This document shows positions 62,901 to 64,000 of a DNA stretch of 64,000 nucleotides, one piece after another. The translations under genes were made by a program, and so were the position numbers. Where the stretch lies: NCBI GenBank assembly GCA_965235115.1, contig OZ249451.1, positions 1,736,001 to 1,800,000 on the forward strand. Direction: 5' to 3'. A model generated the notes under the pieces. That model worked only from the letters and a program-made list of their open reading frames with translations. It ran no database searches and had not been told where the DNA came from. Numbering within the stretch: position 1 is the stretch's first letter; the number at the start of each line of letters is the position of its first letter. The DNA is from Laetmonice hystrix (Eukaryota).

Positions 62901-64000
62901 ACCGGGCACTGACGGACAGCCAGGCTCAGATGGTCAGCCAGGATCACCTGGCGCACGAGGTGAACCTGGTGCAGCTGGAACACCAGGCGCCCGTGGAGAG
63001 CCAGGTCAGCGCGGCGAAGCAGGAACTCCAGGACAGGCTGGAAGGCCAGGAGAACGAGGAGAAGCTGGTCCACAGGGTGCAGCTGGTTCAGCAGGCCCAT
63101 CTGGCCCTGCCGGATCCCCTGGACAACGGGGTGAAGCTGGACCACGCGGAGAGCCCGGATCAGCTGGTGCACCTGGTAAGATTTGGAAAATTAACAGTTC
63201 ATGTCTTAGCTGAAAATAATTTAGGGACTCGATTGGTTCTGTTCAGACAATACAAGATTTTGTTTTACTGTCGTGAAGCTTATACATTAAACTTTTGACT
63301 GGGGTTTCCTGTTTCTTGTTTAATGTAAATAATTTTGTGAATGTGTTTCATTTTCAGGTCGCGATGGTCAGCCTGGAGCTGCTGGCCCACGTGGTGAGCC
63401 AGGAACAGATGGACAAGCAGGAAGTAGAGGAGAAGCAGGACCACGAGGTGAGGCAGGACCACAAGGGTCTCCTGGTCAACGTGGTGAAGCCGGTGCACCT
63501 GGATCACCTGGAAGCCGTGGAGAACCAGGCACTCCTGGATCAGATGGCTCCGCTGGACCAGCTGGACCAGCCGGTACTCGTGGAGAACCCGGACAACGTG
63601 GTGAAGCTGGACAACGTGGTGAACCTGGTGAGGCAGGTCGTCCTGGTACTGATGGCCGTCCGGGTGAGCGTGGCGAGGCTGGGCCTGCAGGTTCAGCTGG
63701 TCCAGCTGGACCCCGTGGAGAGGCTGGCCCAGCTGGAGCGCGAGGAGAGCCTGGTCAAGCAGGCGAAGCTGGATCTCCTGGACGAGATGGTAAGAAGCAG
63801 TCTTGTTTTCAATTTTACTTAATTGGAAGAATCATTATATTTCCTACTGATACGATTAAACCCTTTGCTGATCATAACAAATATTGCTTGAAAAGGATCA
63901 CCTGGAGCGCAAGGCCCCGCAGGACCACGAGGAGAACCTGGACTTGCTGGGCCCGCTGGTGCTGTAGGACCATCTGGACCTCGTGGCGAAGCTGGCACAG
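41898..64000 (+). CDS. Giant secreted collagen (signal peptide + 2 vWA domains + at least ~1,530 Gly-X-Y triplets), 3' end beyond window; candidate annelid-type cuticle collagen
   Basis: Manual splice model: join(41898-41961,42482-43069,44284-44859,45202-45339,45485-46510,46629-46781,47004-47462,47597-48037,48169-48537,48696-49046,49182-49406,49536-49850,49939-50307,50465-51058,51195-51545,51756-51980,52181-52531,52657-53232,53381-53605,53724-54083,54175-54426,54530-54772,55082-55342,55550-55837,55992-56432,56614-57123,57235-57675,57792-58304,58462-58857,58988-59500,59638-60078,60192-60542,60687-60947,61092-61550,61668-62699,62861-63175,63358-63789,63896->64000). Every intron is phase 1 with an AG acceptor and a GT donor (two GC). 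The joined frame is stop-free (5,003 codons) and keeps Gly-X-Y register across all junctions. Confidence 0.95.
42482..43069 (+). CDS. Exon encoding vWA domain 1
   Basis: Translation [18 protein letters not shown]...ARIGVLQYG...NVAIIFTDG...IQLIVVDL...IINRICP shows the vWA strand motifs (D-L-x-h-h-h-D, R-I-G-V-L-Q-Y, h-h-h-TDG) and Cys at both ends. Acceptor cgcctAG, donor g|GTAAAT. Confidence 0.88.
44103..44245. promoter_or_regulatory. Intronic cluster: NRF1-type palindrome plus four inverted CCAAT boxes in a 29/30-bp repeat
   Basis: TGCGCATGCGCA at 44103-44114; ATTGG at 44152, 44182, 44211, 44241. Motif match only; function unproven. Confidence 0.35.
44284..44859 (+). CDS. Exon encoding vWA domain 2
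   Basis: Translation [17 protein letters not shown]...[14 protein letters not shown]...[14 protein letters not shown]...[15 protein letters not shown]...LIVVDL...LNAIAS...DVCTP matches the vWA pattern (IG-x3-V, AGL, R-x4-VAVVFT, L-x-x-IAS) with flanking Cys. Acceptor acattttcAG, donor g|GTAATA. Confidence 0.85.
45202..64000 (+). CDS. Collagen triple-helical region: 35 exons, 13,782 coding nt, about 4,590 residues, incomplete at window end
   Basis: Continuous Gly-X-Y from the Gly codon at 45204. All internal collagen exons are exact multiples of 9 nt except 56614-57123 and 61668-62699, each 3 nt short because of one Gly-X-Gly interruption. Introns are 88-309 nt and AT-rich. Confidence 0.95.
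53248..53306. repeat. 12-bp intronic repeat (aatgtcaaatgt), about 5 copies
   Basis: atgtcaaatgtaatgtcaaatgtaatgtcaaa... Confidence 0.85.

Noticed and set aside
45479-63507. Numerous minus-strand and alternative-frame ORFs over the collagen exons, some themselves Gly-Pro-rich
   Set aside because: Shadow ORFs: GGA-CCN-rich collagen codons read as GGT-CCN on the opposite strand and contain few stops. They end at the + strand introns, and all splice signals are on the + strand.

Overview
Animal (eukaryotic) genomic DNA with one 183-nt N gap. Positions 1-41.7 kb contain no gene I can identify. They are non-coding sequence with more than 25 unrelated minisatellite arrays, microsatellites and a few inverted-repeat (MITE-like) remnants; most ORFs in the track there are repeat read-through. 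From 41,833 to the window end is the 5' part of one very large + strand gene that I spliced by hand into 38 coding exons in one continuous frame (15,010 nt, 5,003 codons, no stop, still open at 64,000). It encodes a signal peptide, two von Willebrand factor A (vWA) domains with degenerate MIDAS motifs, and at least about 4,590 residues (about 1,530 Gly-X-Y triplets) of nearly uninterrupted collagen triple helix, about 4.5 times the type I helix. All introns are phase 1, two use GC donors, and the helix has only five imperfections and no Lys, Cys, Met, His, Trp or Tyr. Pro is mainly in the X position near the N-terminus and shifts toward Y further on. By inference this looks like the gene for a micrometre-long annelid-type cuticle collagen. 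The taxon is not shown by the sequence, and all coordinates were read manually.
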